A stretch of 24,949 nt of DNA from a virus (taxonomy: Duplodnaviria; Caudoviricetes): positions 1 through 24,949 of the IMG/VR virus record IMGVR_UViG_3300030207_001615. One strand, 5' to 3'. Of this stretch, positions 1-6,992 are shown in pieces (position 1 is the stretch's first letter; every line of letters starts with the position of its first letter). A program made the position numbers and the translations under genes. Below the pieces are notes generated by a model that had not been told where the DNA came from, made no database searches, and worked only from the letters and a program-made list of their open reading frames with translations.

Positions 1-210
1 TATTATGTATCGGAAGCGGGCTGCCCTTGGGAGCCGACGAAAGCGCGAACGATAGCAAGCGCAAAGCGCGCAGCGCGTCGTATGCAAACTTTTCAAGGCA
101 CACAAGTACAGGTAGGAATTAAGATAGAAAGCGGCGTTTATAGGACAATAGCGCGCTTTATTGTAGACGCTATAAATTTTAACGACAAGGGCTATTGGTA
201 TGATTTATAA
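1..210 (+). CDS. partial small hypothetical phage protein (5' truncated by window edge)
   Basis: Frame 1 is open from base 1 to TAA at 208-210 (YYVSEAGCPWEPTKARTIASAKRAARRMQTFQGTQVQVGIKIESG...YWYDL). It overlaps the next ATG at 200 and is absent from the ORF track. Confidence 0.6.
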   Translation, partial: YYVSEAGCPWEPTKARTIASAKRAARRMQTFQGTQVQVGIKIESGVYRTIARFIVDAINFNDKGYWYDL

Positions 211-454
211 AGGCTGCACAATAACAAGAACAGACATAACAACAGACACGCCAAACGGCATACGCAAGGTTTACGCTATCGAGGGCGAAATAAGCAAGCA
301 AGCAAGCCAGCGTCCATTAATTACGACGCAATCGGCTGCGAGGTATTACATCAACGCAATTTTAAAGATGGAAGAAAATAATTTTGAAGACTACGGCGAA
401 ATGGACGCTGCAACGGCGTGTGCATTGCACCCGTCATGGTATAGGGTAAAGTAA
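200..454 (+). CDS. hypothetical phage protein
   Basis: 84 aa ORF overlapping the upstream stop; followed by a terminator-like hairpin. Confidence 0.65.
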   Translation: MIYKGCTITRTDITTDTPNGIRKVYAIEGEISKQASQRPLITTQSAARYYINAILKMEENNFEDYGEMDAATACALHPSWYRVK

Positions 455-471
455 CAGCCCGCCAGTTACAA

Positions 472-515
472 GCAACCCCTCGGCCAGTTATTTCGGTTCG
501 GGGGGTTGTTTTTTT
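472..515 (+). terminator. intrinsic terminator-like hairpin
   Basis: GCAACCCCTCG (472-482) pairs with CGGGGGGTTGT (499-509, with G-U pairs), followed by a T run to 515. It lies at the junction of convergent ORFs. Confidence 0.6.
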
Positions 516-856
516 GTACCCCACCCGCATTCTGTATATCTTTTCTCGTGCCTTATTCCGTGGCCGTCCCTTTCTAATTTCCTTTTAGCGTCCCGCTTTG
601 CTTTGTCTGCCATTGCCTCAAACGATTCTGATTCAAGGTCAAGGCATCTATGGAACGGGCTTTCGCTGACGATAAATTTCCTTATCTCTTCTGAGCTTTC
701 TCGGCGCATACCGACAACTTTTTCACCCGTTCGATTGATTCCCATCGCCTCGCGTATCAGCGTGTTACGATATTCATGCACAGCCTGTTTGATTACAGCC
801 GCCGCCAGCATCTTGTATGGTGTAACCGTGTCTGTTCTGTTTTGATTACTCGGCAT
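488..856 (-). CDS. hypothetical phage protein
   Basis: 122 aa; the N-terminal helix YKMLAAAVIKQAVHEYR resembles a motif common in small phage proteins; overlaps the HTH gene end by 11 nt. Confidence 0.65.
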   Translation of the reverse strand: MPSNQNRTDTVTPYKMLAAAVIKQAVHEYRNTLIREAMGINRTGEKVVGMRRESSEEIRKFIVSESPFHRCLDLESESFEAMADKAKRDAKRKLERDGHGIRHEKRYTECGWGTKKQPPEPK

Positions 857-1052
857 GGGTTACACAATCCTCCGGGTTAAGTTCCAGCGTTTCGCATATC
901 TTGCCCAGCGTAGTAGACGAAAACGGCGCACCATTCAGTAACCGATTGAAATGAAAGTAACCCAAGCCGATTCGCTCTGATGCACTGCGCTGGTTCAAGC
1001 TCAGTTCTTTGATTCGCGTTTTGATATGATCTTTGTCCAGCGTCACGGTCAT
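846..1052 (-). CDS. XRE/Cro-CI family helix-turn-helix regulator
   Basis: 68 aa with the pattern IKTRIKELSLNQRSASERIGLGYFHFNRLLNG...TLGKICETLELNPED; SD GGAG on the - strand at 1063-1066. Confidence 0.85.
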   Translation of the reverse strand: MTVTLDKDHIKTRIKELSLNQRSASERIGLGYFHFNRLLNGAPFSSTTLGKICETLELNPEDCVTHAE

Positions 1053-1165
1053 TTTGATTGCACTCCTATTTGATTAGCTTTGATTGCTTTTGGTACATTG
1101 CTCGCGCATTTTCCCCAAAAATTATGGAGGCATTGCACAGTTGTGTTTTTGATTGCACACAAACT

Positions 1166-1174
1166 AATATAGCA
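1166..1174 (-). promoter_or_regulatory. putative leftward extended -10 promoter for the HTH gene
   Basis: The - strand reads TG-C-TATATT (TGnTATAAT-like) upstream of the HTH start. Confidence 0.4.
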
Positions 1175-1213
1175 ATAAACAGTAATGATTGCCACTTTTA
1201 TCGCAAATAACTA

Positions 1214-1242
1214 TTGCACATTGGCATTTATATGTATATATT
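1214..1242 (+). promoter_or_regulatory. putative rightward sigma70-type promoter
   Basis: TTGCAC (1214-1219), 17 nt spacer, TATATT (1237-1242), upstream of SD GGAGG (1276-1280) and ATG 1285. Confidence 0.5.
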
Positions 1243-1284
1243 TGATTGCGTATCATTTTGATTACCCTAACCAATGGAGGACAC

Positions 1285-2013
1285 ATGAACGGTAACACCA
1301 TTAAGTTTGGCGATAACGCACCCACCAGCGTTACGTTTAAATATGGCAATGTGACGCTCTGCGAATCAATGCGGGGCGGCGATCCGTATTATCGCTTTGA
1401 TTGCGAAGAGGGCCGTATCAACGCATCGAAACCGTTGGCCGAAGCCATCGCCGCCAACTGGCCCGGAAGTGGCGGGCGTGTTCGCATCACCAAACGCAAC
1501 GCCCGGACATTTGAGGTGCAGAAAGAACAGCACGGAAATGATTACCCGTTGGAGATGCGCCAGTGGGATGACGCCTCAAACGGCTTTGTCAACGTAGAGA
1601 TGACGTTGGGGGTCAACGGTTCAGCACCTGCCGCGCAACCCTCACAGCCACAGCAACAGACGCCCCAAGCGGCTCCGGCTGATGGGGAAGATAAGTGGAC
1701 TTCGATTGTCAGCATGATGGCCGCTGCTGTTTATGCTGCTGAGAGCATTTGCCCCGAAAGTTACACGGCGGCAGAGCGGGAGAAAGTCGCTGTGTCTATG
1801 TATATGTCAGCGGAGCGTCAGAACGCAGATATGAGTAGCTCACCCGTGAGCGTAGAGATAGACACTCCTCCGGCGGGAGAATCTATTGGTTACATGGTGA
1901 TAGAGAAGATGTCAACGGGGGATATTGGAACGCCACCGCCAGAGCCACCTGCGGAAGTGCAGACCGTCAGCGGGAACAACCCGCCACAGGACACTGACGA
2001 TCTGCCATTTTAA
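1285..2013 (+). CDS. putative single-stranded DNA-binding-like protein
   Basis: Start moved to ATG 1285 because of GGAGG at 1276-1280. Beta-rich N-domain, P/Q linker and acidic C-terminal tip DTDDLPF typical of SSBs; next to RusA. Confidence 0.6.
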   Translation: MNGNTIKFGDNAPTSVTFKYGNVTLCESMRGGDPYYRFDCEEGRINASKPLAEAIAANWPGSGGRVRITKRNARTFEVQKEQHGNDYPLEMRQWDDASNGFVNVEMTLGVNGSAPAAQPSQPQQQTPQAAPADGEDKWTSIVSMMAAAVYAAESICPESYTAAEREKVAVSMYMSAERQNADMSSSPVSVEIDTPPAGESIGYMVIEKMSTGDIGTPPPEPPAEVQTVSGNNPPQDTDDLPF

Positions 2014-2138
2014 ATGAATCTGGGCATGGTGAAAATTCGCTCGTATCGCATTGCAATCTCGCAGAAATACTGCGGGAGGGGAGTTGTAATGCAATACACA
2101 CAGCGTTGCGCTTTACTGTTATACTGGGGAGTCTGACA

Positions 2139-2507
2139 GTGAGTGCATCACCATGCCCAGACTTTTCTTTTTGTGTCACGGGCAACCCAATACCAAAAGG
2201 CAGACCCCGATTGGGTTACCGTAGGCGTGTGTTTACCCCACAGCGCACGTTAGATTACGAACGATTGGTAGCTGTAGAGGCCATGACGCAGGGCGTTCGA
2301 TGTGTCAGTGATACGCTCAGAGTTGAGGCCGACTTTTACAGGTCAACCAAACATAGAGTAGATTTAGATAACTTAATTAAAAGCATCTTAGATGCACTGA
2401 ACGGCATTGCATACGATGATGATGTGCAGATTGTTCAGTTGGAAGCGAGAAAGGATTATGATAAGAAGCACCCGCGAGCGGAAGTTCGCATCTATAAAAT
2501 ACAGTAG
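2139..2507 (+). CDS. rusA: RusA family Holliday junction resolvase
   Basis: Motifs GNPIPKGRPR, VFTPQRT, DLDNLIKSILDALNGIAYDDDVQIV. Probable GTG start at 2139 behind GGGGAG (2126-2131). Confidence 0.92.
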   Translation: MSASPCPDFSFCVTGNPIPKGRPRLGYRRRVFTPQRTLDYERLVAVEAMTQGVRCVSDTLRVEADFYRSTKHRVDLDNLIKSILDALNGIAYDDDVQIVQLEARKDYDKKHPRAEVRIYKIQ

Positions 2508-2790
2508 CTAAAAAATATCCATCCGTAACTGGTTTACGGTAGAGCTTGAGGAAGAGGCAACGCTGGGAAGGTTGCATCCGTTTTTCGAGGAAGGCGCGTA
2601 TCGTGAGGACGAATACGCCACCGCCCTATCTAAAGACGGCGTTGGGGCTTGGGCATCGTGGCAGGGCACTCGCAAGCTGTTATCTAACGCTATCGCAGAT
2701 CGACAGGAACCCGACGACTCACTGAGCTAAGAGCATGGGACAACAGGCTACACCTATAGCCTTGTTGTTTCCCCTCGGATCTACTGAGCT
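2508..2790 (+). ncRNA. candidate structured non-coding element (ncRNA or origin)
   Basis: Longest gap without an ATG-started ORF in the window; successive hairpins at 2523-2539, 2557-2575, 2596-2618 and 2737-2773; ACTGAGCTA direct repeats at 2721 and 2783. Confidence 0.35.
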
Positions 2791-3012
2791 ATGAACAGGG
2801 CCATGAACAGGCGCACTATGGGACGTATGGCAGAGATTAGAGCGTTGCAGTATGAAGAGATACCAGAGTCAAGAGAGGCGCTAAAAGCGGCATCCCTTAA
2901 ATACCACTACATCGACCTCATGGACGGGAGGACACAGCGGGCAATATGGGGCCGATTTCTATTCTTTGATCGTAAAGGCAACTTACTTCCAGATGAAGAA
3001 ATGCTATCATAA
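2791..3012 (+). CDS. hypothetical protein (start uncertain; several in-frame ATGs)
   Basis: 73 aa ORF co-oriented with its neighbours, ending just before the SD of the next gene. Confidence 0.55.
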   Translation: MNRAMNRRTMGRMAEIRALQYEEIPESREALKAASLKYHYIDLMDGRTQRAIWGRFLFFDRKGNLLPDEEMLS

Positions 3013-3027
3013 ACGCGGAGATTAAGA

Positions 3028-3357
3028 ATGAATTTGACTAACTTTGAAGATATGCCGGATACGAAAGCGGGCGAGTATGCCACTGCTGTTTTGGAAATAA
3101 TAAAAGATTATGGCGTTACTCGGCCAATAAAATCATATAGGATTGAAAAACGCCTCATTGTCAGCGGGGCAACGGTCAGAGGTGCGGTTTCGTTATTGCG
3201 CGAGTTGGGGTTTCCTATTTGTTCGGGTAGCCGTGGATATTATTATGATCATACGGGCAAAGAAACCGTTAAAACTATCGCGCATTTACGGCAAAGGGCT
3301 ACAAGGATGTTGAACGTAGCCAATAAACTGGAGCAAGCAAGGGAGAATATATGTTAA
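3028..3357 (+). CDS. winged helix-turn-helix DNA-binding protein
   Basis: PIKSYRIEKRLIVSGATVRGAVSLLRELGFPICSGSRGYYY matches a wHTH pattern with a GY wing; SD GGGAG upstream. Confidence 0.75.
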   Translation: MNLTNFEDMPDTKAGEYATAVLEIIKDYGVTRPIKSYRIEKRLIVSGATVRGAVSLLRELGFPICSGSRGYYYDHTGKETVKTIAHLRQRATRMLNVANKLEQARENIC

Positions 3358-3815
3358 ACTCAGACACGCCATTGGGCATTGGTTACATAAAAAACCAGCA
3401 CAAGGTAGCCGAGTTGATTGAGGATAAGTATGGCGTTGAGATGGTTGATTGTGGCAAGACGGCTGTTGTGGATTACATGGCCTGTAGGGATAAAAAGGCC
3501 GTGGCATTGATTGAGGTCAGATGTCGCAACATAACGCGCAAGTCGCTGAGTCACAAATACAGCGACGAGATTATAGTCACACACAGGAAGATATTAGAGA
3601 CAGTTGAGTTGAGCCGCATACAATCCGTTCCGTCGTTCATCGCTTTTAAGTTATTGGATCGAACCTTGCTTATACAGATTGCAGATGCAAGGGGAGAGAT
3701 GGTTGTGCCATACAGGGTAGATAGAACGGTCACCCCCAACAACTGCAACAAGACAGGTATCGCAGAAAGAGATAATGGGTTCATAGATGTAACCGATGCA
3801 AAGGAGTTATACTAA
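3351..3815 (+). CDS. PD-(D/E)XK superfamily nuclease-like protein
   Basis: VVDY...ALIEVRCRN motif spacing; SD GGGAG upstream. Confidence 0.65.
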   Translation: MLNSDTPLGIGYIKNQHKVAELIEDKYGVEMVDCGKTAVVDYMACRDKKAVALIEVRCRNITRKSLSHKYSDEIIVTHRKILETVELSRIQSVPSFIAFKLLDRTLLIQIADARGEMVVPYRVDRTVTPNNCNKTGIAERDNGFIDVTDAKELY

Positions 3816-4051
3816 TGACGGTTTTTAATTACATCTTTGATGACAGGGATTATCCGGGCATAAAGCTGACGATTGAAGCGGAGATGATACCGGGTGTTAG
3901 GATGAGCTTAGACCACCCTTCTGTCGAGTCTGATGTTGTGATAGGTTCGATTGAGGGTGATTTCAGAGTGTATTACGAAGAGGATTACTTTACCGAAAAA
4001 GAGTGGCAGCGCATATTGAATGCCGCCGAAAGTGAACTGATAGGAGGATAA
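3815..4051 (+). CDS. acidic hypothetical protein
   Basis: TAATG coupling with the upstream gene; SD AAGGAG. Confidence 0.7.
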   Translation: MTVFNYIFDDRDYPGIKLTIEAEMIPGVRMSLDHPSVESDVVIGSIEGDFRVYYEEDYFTEKEWQRILNAAESELIGG

Positions 4052-4057
4052 CACCCT

Positions 4058-4453
4058 ATGGATAAGATGGATAGGCATGAAACAGCCCGTATGCTGTTGG
4101 AAGCAGCAAAGCGTGTAACCGAAACGAAGGAGATACCTCCACTGATATGGCAGGTCGAGAATGTGCTGGCTGCTGATGTCATACAGGAAACAACGGCAGA
4201 GGCCGTTGAGCAGATTCTTAGAGACAGATGGATGGACTTGTATGAAGGTGCAGGCAAGCCAAAGCTGGCAAAGCCAATAGAGAGTTACTTGCCAACCGTA
4301 CCTACACTGGATAGGATACGAGATACGCCTAAGCAGACTACCTTAGAGCCGTTGGGTATGCCAGACTACCAAGCGAAACGGCGCGAGTGGCAAATAAAAA
4401 GGCAGCGGGATGGTGTTGTTACTACGGGGTGGGAAAAAAATGAGCGAAAGTAA
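4058..4453 (+). CDS. hypothetical protein
   Basis: 131 aa; strong SD AGGAGG just upstream. Confidence 0.7.
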   Translation: MDKMDRHETARMLLEAAKRVTETKEIPPLIWQVENVLAADVIQETTAEAVEQILRDRWMDLYEGAGKPKLAKPIESYLPTVPTLDRIRDTPKQTTLEPLGMPDYQAKRREWQIKRQRDGVVTTGWEKNERK

Positions 4454-4793
4454 AAATATACTACATGAAAACTCTTTCTACGAGGAGTGGAGATGTTGTG
4501 TTCCCGGATGCAGCCACCCTTCGGCATACATTGGAGTTACAAGGTTACACTGTGATGCGCCACCACCAAGGATGGAAATGCACAGGCGAGAGGTTCACAG
4601 ATGTGAGCTTGTCAGAGTGTTTCTAAATAAAGTTGAGATGCGGACGACTCTGCCTGTGGAGAATCTACCACACTTGCAACTTAAAGAGATTGACACAGAG
4701 CTTGCTGATCTACAATCATATGCAGACCATTTAATCAGAGGCGTGGAGTTCCGTAAGGCGTCCCGTGATTATGGTGAGGTGCATGATGATTAG
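4440..4793 (+). CDS. hypothetical Cys/His-rich protein (possible zinc binding)
   Basis: Probable ATG at 4440; CCVPGC...HC...H...HRC followed by a helical C-terminal part. Confidence 0.6.
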   Translation: MSESKNILHENSFYEEWRCCVPGCSHPSAYIGVTRLHCDAPPPRMEMHRREVHRCELVRVFLNKVEMRTTLPVENLPHLQLKEIDTELADLQSYADHLIRGVEFRKASRDYGEVHDD

Positions 4794-5181
4794 AAAGAAA
4801 AAGGGTCATAAAAACGCCAAATCCAAAAAGATATTAGGTAAATCTGATGCTCAACGATTCCACGCAAACAAGAGAGGTGGTCAGCGGTACGGCGGGATGT
4901 CGGACGATGTGCAGAGAGAGATTGTCCGCAGGATAGTAGGAAGGAAGGGGGCTATACAACTTGGTAAGCAATCTGCCCGCGTTAAACTGTATGACGTAAG
5001 GTATGGCCTAACTATTTACAGGGTGGTATTTGACTTGAAACGCAAGACGCTGGTTACATTCTTGCCGCCGGGAGAGATACCATTTGATGACAGGACTAAG
5101 TTTAACCCTCACTGGGAGTCAGAATACAATGCAAAGTTTCCAGATAAAACCCCACCCCATCCCCAACCCAGATGTGATTGA
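4783..5181 (+). CDS. basic hypothetical protein, possible RelE/BrnT-like (BECR) fold
   Basis: HANKRGGQRYG helix followed by beta strands YRVVFDLKRKTLVTFLP; SD GGTGAGG. Confidence 0.6.
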   Translation: MMIRKKKGHKNAKSKKILGKSDAQRFHANKRGGQRYGGMSDDVQREIVRRIVGRKGAIQLGKQSARVKLYDVRYGLTIYRVVFDLKRKTLVTFLPPGEIPFDDRTKFNPHWESEYNAKFPDKTPPHPQPRCD

Positions 5182-5419
5182 GGAGAAAAAGATTACTGCG
5201 CCGTTTTATTCTAAGATTCTTAGATTCGACTTAGACAAAGACGGACAGCCGTGTGTGTGGTTTTCTGAGCGCGTAAAGAATGACGAGGTTGATTACAGCA
5301 TATCTCTATACAGGGATGGTGATAAGTATGATGCCTTGCTACACACCAGACACATAGGTAGCTGCTATTATGGGGGTGATATGATTCACGCATTTGTGGG
5401 CAAAACGAGGCATATATAA
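5129..5419 (+). CDS. small beta-rich phage hypothetical protein
   Basis: Probable ATG 5129 with GGGAG upstream; pattern SKIL...GQPCVW...HIGS...IHAF is familiar from small phage proteins; overlaps the upstream ORF by 53 nt. Confidence 0.6.
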   Translation: MQSFQIKPHPIPNPDVIEEKKITAPFYSKILRFDLDKDGQPCVWFSERVKNDEVDYSISLYRDGDKYDALLHTRHIGSCYYGGDMIHAFVGKTRHI

Positions 5420-5458
5420 AAAGTAACGGCCTCCGTCTCTGGTGAAGACGAAAGGCCG
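5417..5458 (-). terminator. intrinsic terminator ending the late operon (possibly bidirectional)
   Basis: The - strand reads CGGCCTTTCGTCT-loop-AGACGGAGGCCG followed by TTACTTTTTA, between convergent operons. Confidence 0.65.
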
Positions 5459-5490
5459 ATACAGGAGGTTTTCACTCTCTTAATATACGG

Positions 5491-5673
5491 CTAATTCTTG
5501 TAATCCACAAATGCCTGTGACGCAATATAAGCAATAGCTACAGCTGCAACGGGCCAAGTTATCTCAACTGCACCTGTTGTAGCTGCCGCACCTACTGCCG
5601 TTGCCACAGCAAACTTGCGTGACCCAACTTTCTTTATAACGCTTTTTACCAGTGTATCAACGCCACCTATCAT
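5491..5673 (-). CDS. putative holin-like membrane protein
   Basis: 60 aa; GSRKF motif, two hydrophobic segments and an AYIASQAFVD ending, as in small phage holin-like proteins. Confidence 0.55.
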   Translation of the reverse strand: MIGGVDTLVKSVIKKVGSRKFAVATAVGAAATTGAVEITWPVAAVAIAYIASQAFVDYKN

Positions 5674-5894
5674 TAGGCTACAAGCTCCGCTACGGCTTCT
5701 GTAACTTCTCCGTTGCTCTCAGAGCGTAGCTGCTCGTTCTGATCGTCCAAAACATTCTGCAAAGCAACGATAGCTCCATTTTGGCGCTGTATCAATGCCG
5801 TCAATTCTTGCACTGTATTTTGAGCGGCCTGTAACTCTTCAAATGCCTTCTTTTGTTCTTCCTGTATCTGCTCTTTACGTTCCTGTACGTTCAT
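5673..5894 (-). CDS. coiled-coil hypothetical protein
   Basis: E/Q-rich heptad pattern; TAATG coupling to the next gene. Confidence 0.75.
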   Translation of the reverse strand: MNVQERKEQIQEEQKKAFEELQAAQNTVQELTALIQRQNGAIVALQNVLDDQNEQLRSESNGEVTEAVAELVA

Positions 5895-5897
5895 GCT

Positions 5898-6149
5898 CTA
5901 CCTCTGCGATATGTGAGTGAGGCTACCTTCCATCCGCGCCTGTGCGCGTAGAAGCTCTTGTAGCAAATTGTTGGTTTCGTCCAACTTACCAGCAACGTCC
6001 TTTAATTCAGCAATCACTGCGTCACTGTCACCATTGCCGCCGTTTTTGCCCATTTTGCTCATCATAAGATAAGCTAATATTGCGCCTGTGCCAGCAGAGC
6101 CACCACCTGTCAGCAGCAAACTGATTGGGTCTGATCCTCCCTCCATCAT
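5898..6149 (-). CDS. membrane-anchored coiled-coil protein (holin/lysis-accessory-like)
   Basis: Start moved to ATG 6149, directly after the upstream stop; hydrophobic N-segment (PISLLLTGGGSAGTGAILAYLMM) followed by a coiled coil. Confidence 0.6.
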   Translation of the reverse strand: MMEGGSDPISLLLTGGGSAGTGAILAYLMMSKMGKNGGNGDSDAVIAELKDVAGKLDETNNLLQELLRAQARMEGSLTHISQR

Positions 6150-6150
6150 A

Positions 6151-6438
6151 TCACCATTTGGTTTTGTGTGACCAGTAACGAGCAGACATCTTCGACGGCT
6201 TAGAATCTTGCGCGTTATGACGAGCGTAATAGCTCTTTCTACGCGCCTTGTCCTTAGCCGTTTTCGGGTTACGTCCAGCACCCTTTACACCCTGCTGACC
6301 GAAGCGAATTGTCTTGACCTGTCCACCCGACTTAGCTACTACAACGTGCGACTTCGTTGGATGGTTGGGCGTACGTTTGGGCTTGTTGTAACCAGTTACA
6401 CCCGCACGGGCTAAACGTGGATCTTTCTTGGCTGGCAT
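6151..6438 (-). CDS. conserved basic viral protein (KTIRFG...RRKSYYARH...SARYWS...W type)
   Basis: 95 aa, highly basic; motif set recognisable from widespread aquatic virus proteins of unknown function. Confidence 0.75.
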   Translation of the reverse strand: MPAKKDPRLARAGVTGYNKPKRTPNHPTKSHVVVAKSGGQVKTIRFGQQGVKGAGRNPKTAKDKARRKSYYARHNAQDSKPSKMSARYWSHKTKW

Positions 6439-6563
6439 TAACGACTCCCACGCATCTTAGATTTAGGCTTCGCCTTAGCTTTCTTCTTCTTTTTCCGAGC
6501 TTTTGCTGCCGCCTTCATCCCTGCGCTTGTGTATGGATACTTTTTCCCGCCCACGTTCGGCAT
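6438..6563 (-). CDS. very small lysine-rich protein (41 aa)
   Basis: MPNVGGKKYPYTSAGMKAAAKARKKKKKAKAKPKSKMRGSR; SD AAGGAG at 6572-6577; TAATG overlap with the next gene; below the ORF track cutoff. Confidence 0.75.
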   Translation of the reverse strand: MPNVGGKKYPYTSAGMKAAAKARKKKKKAKAKPKSKMRGSR

Positions 6564-6575
6564 AATTTTATCTCC

Positions 6576-6992
6576 TTATTTTCCGTGAAATGCTTTATGA
6601 AAACTTGCGAATGTCATCGTTGTAACCCAGCATATCGCCCCAAAAAGTGCCTCGTGTTCCCACCAATCCTGCCATGCCCTACCCCCCGGCCAGTGACCAG
6701 AGATGCGGAACGCCTCATAGACCATCGTAACCAGAACCGTTGCGCCTCCGCTCCAGTAACCGCATTTGCTCGCTTCCTCTGCGGCTTTTTCTTTTCTGGT
6801 CATCGTCAGCAGGTCTTTATTCAGCCTCTTGACCTGCCGTCTGCTCTCTACAGCTTCTTTTCTGTTTTCGCTACTAACTGCTCGTTCAGTCCGCTGCATA
6901 TCGCGCAGGGAAGTGATTTCTTTCAGCGCCTTTTCGTAACACTCCTTCATTTCGCCTGTCGAGCGGATTTTATTGTATGGAGGATAATTCAT
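6576..6992 (-). CDS. coiled-coil protein with two C-terminal hydrophobic segments
   Basis: 138 aa; charged helical N-half, then GYWSGGATVLVTMVY and ALFGAICWVTTMTFA. Confidence 0.7.
   Translation of the reverse strand: MNYPPYNKIRSTGEMKECYEKALKEITSLRDMQRTERAVSSENRKEAVESRRQVKRLNKDLLTMTRKEKAAEEASKCGYWSGGATVLVTMVYEAFRISGHWPGGRAWQDWWEHEALFGAICWVTTMTFASFHKAFHGK

Larger units (their letters stand above)
1053..1266. repeat. array of TTTGATTRC direct repeats in the divergent intergenic region (candidate operators or iterons)
   Basis: TTTGATTGC at 1053, 1079, 1148 and 1241; TTTGATTAG at 1069; AATGATTGC at 1184; TTTGATTAC at 1257; all in the same orientation. Confidence 0.7.

Noticed and set aside
1246-1284. 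Longer N-terminus for the SSB-like ORF given in the ORF track
   Set aside because: The TTG at 1246 lies in the promoter/repeat region, while ATG 1285 has a GGAGG SD.
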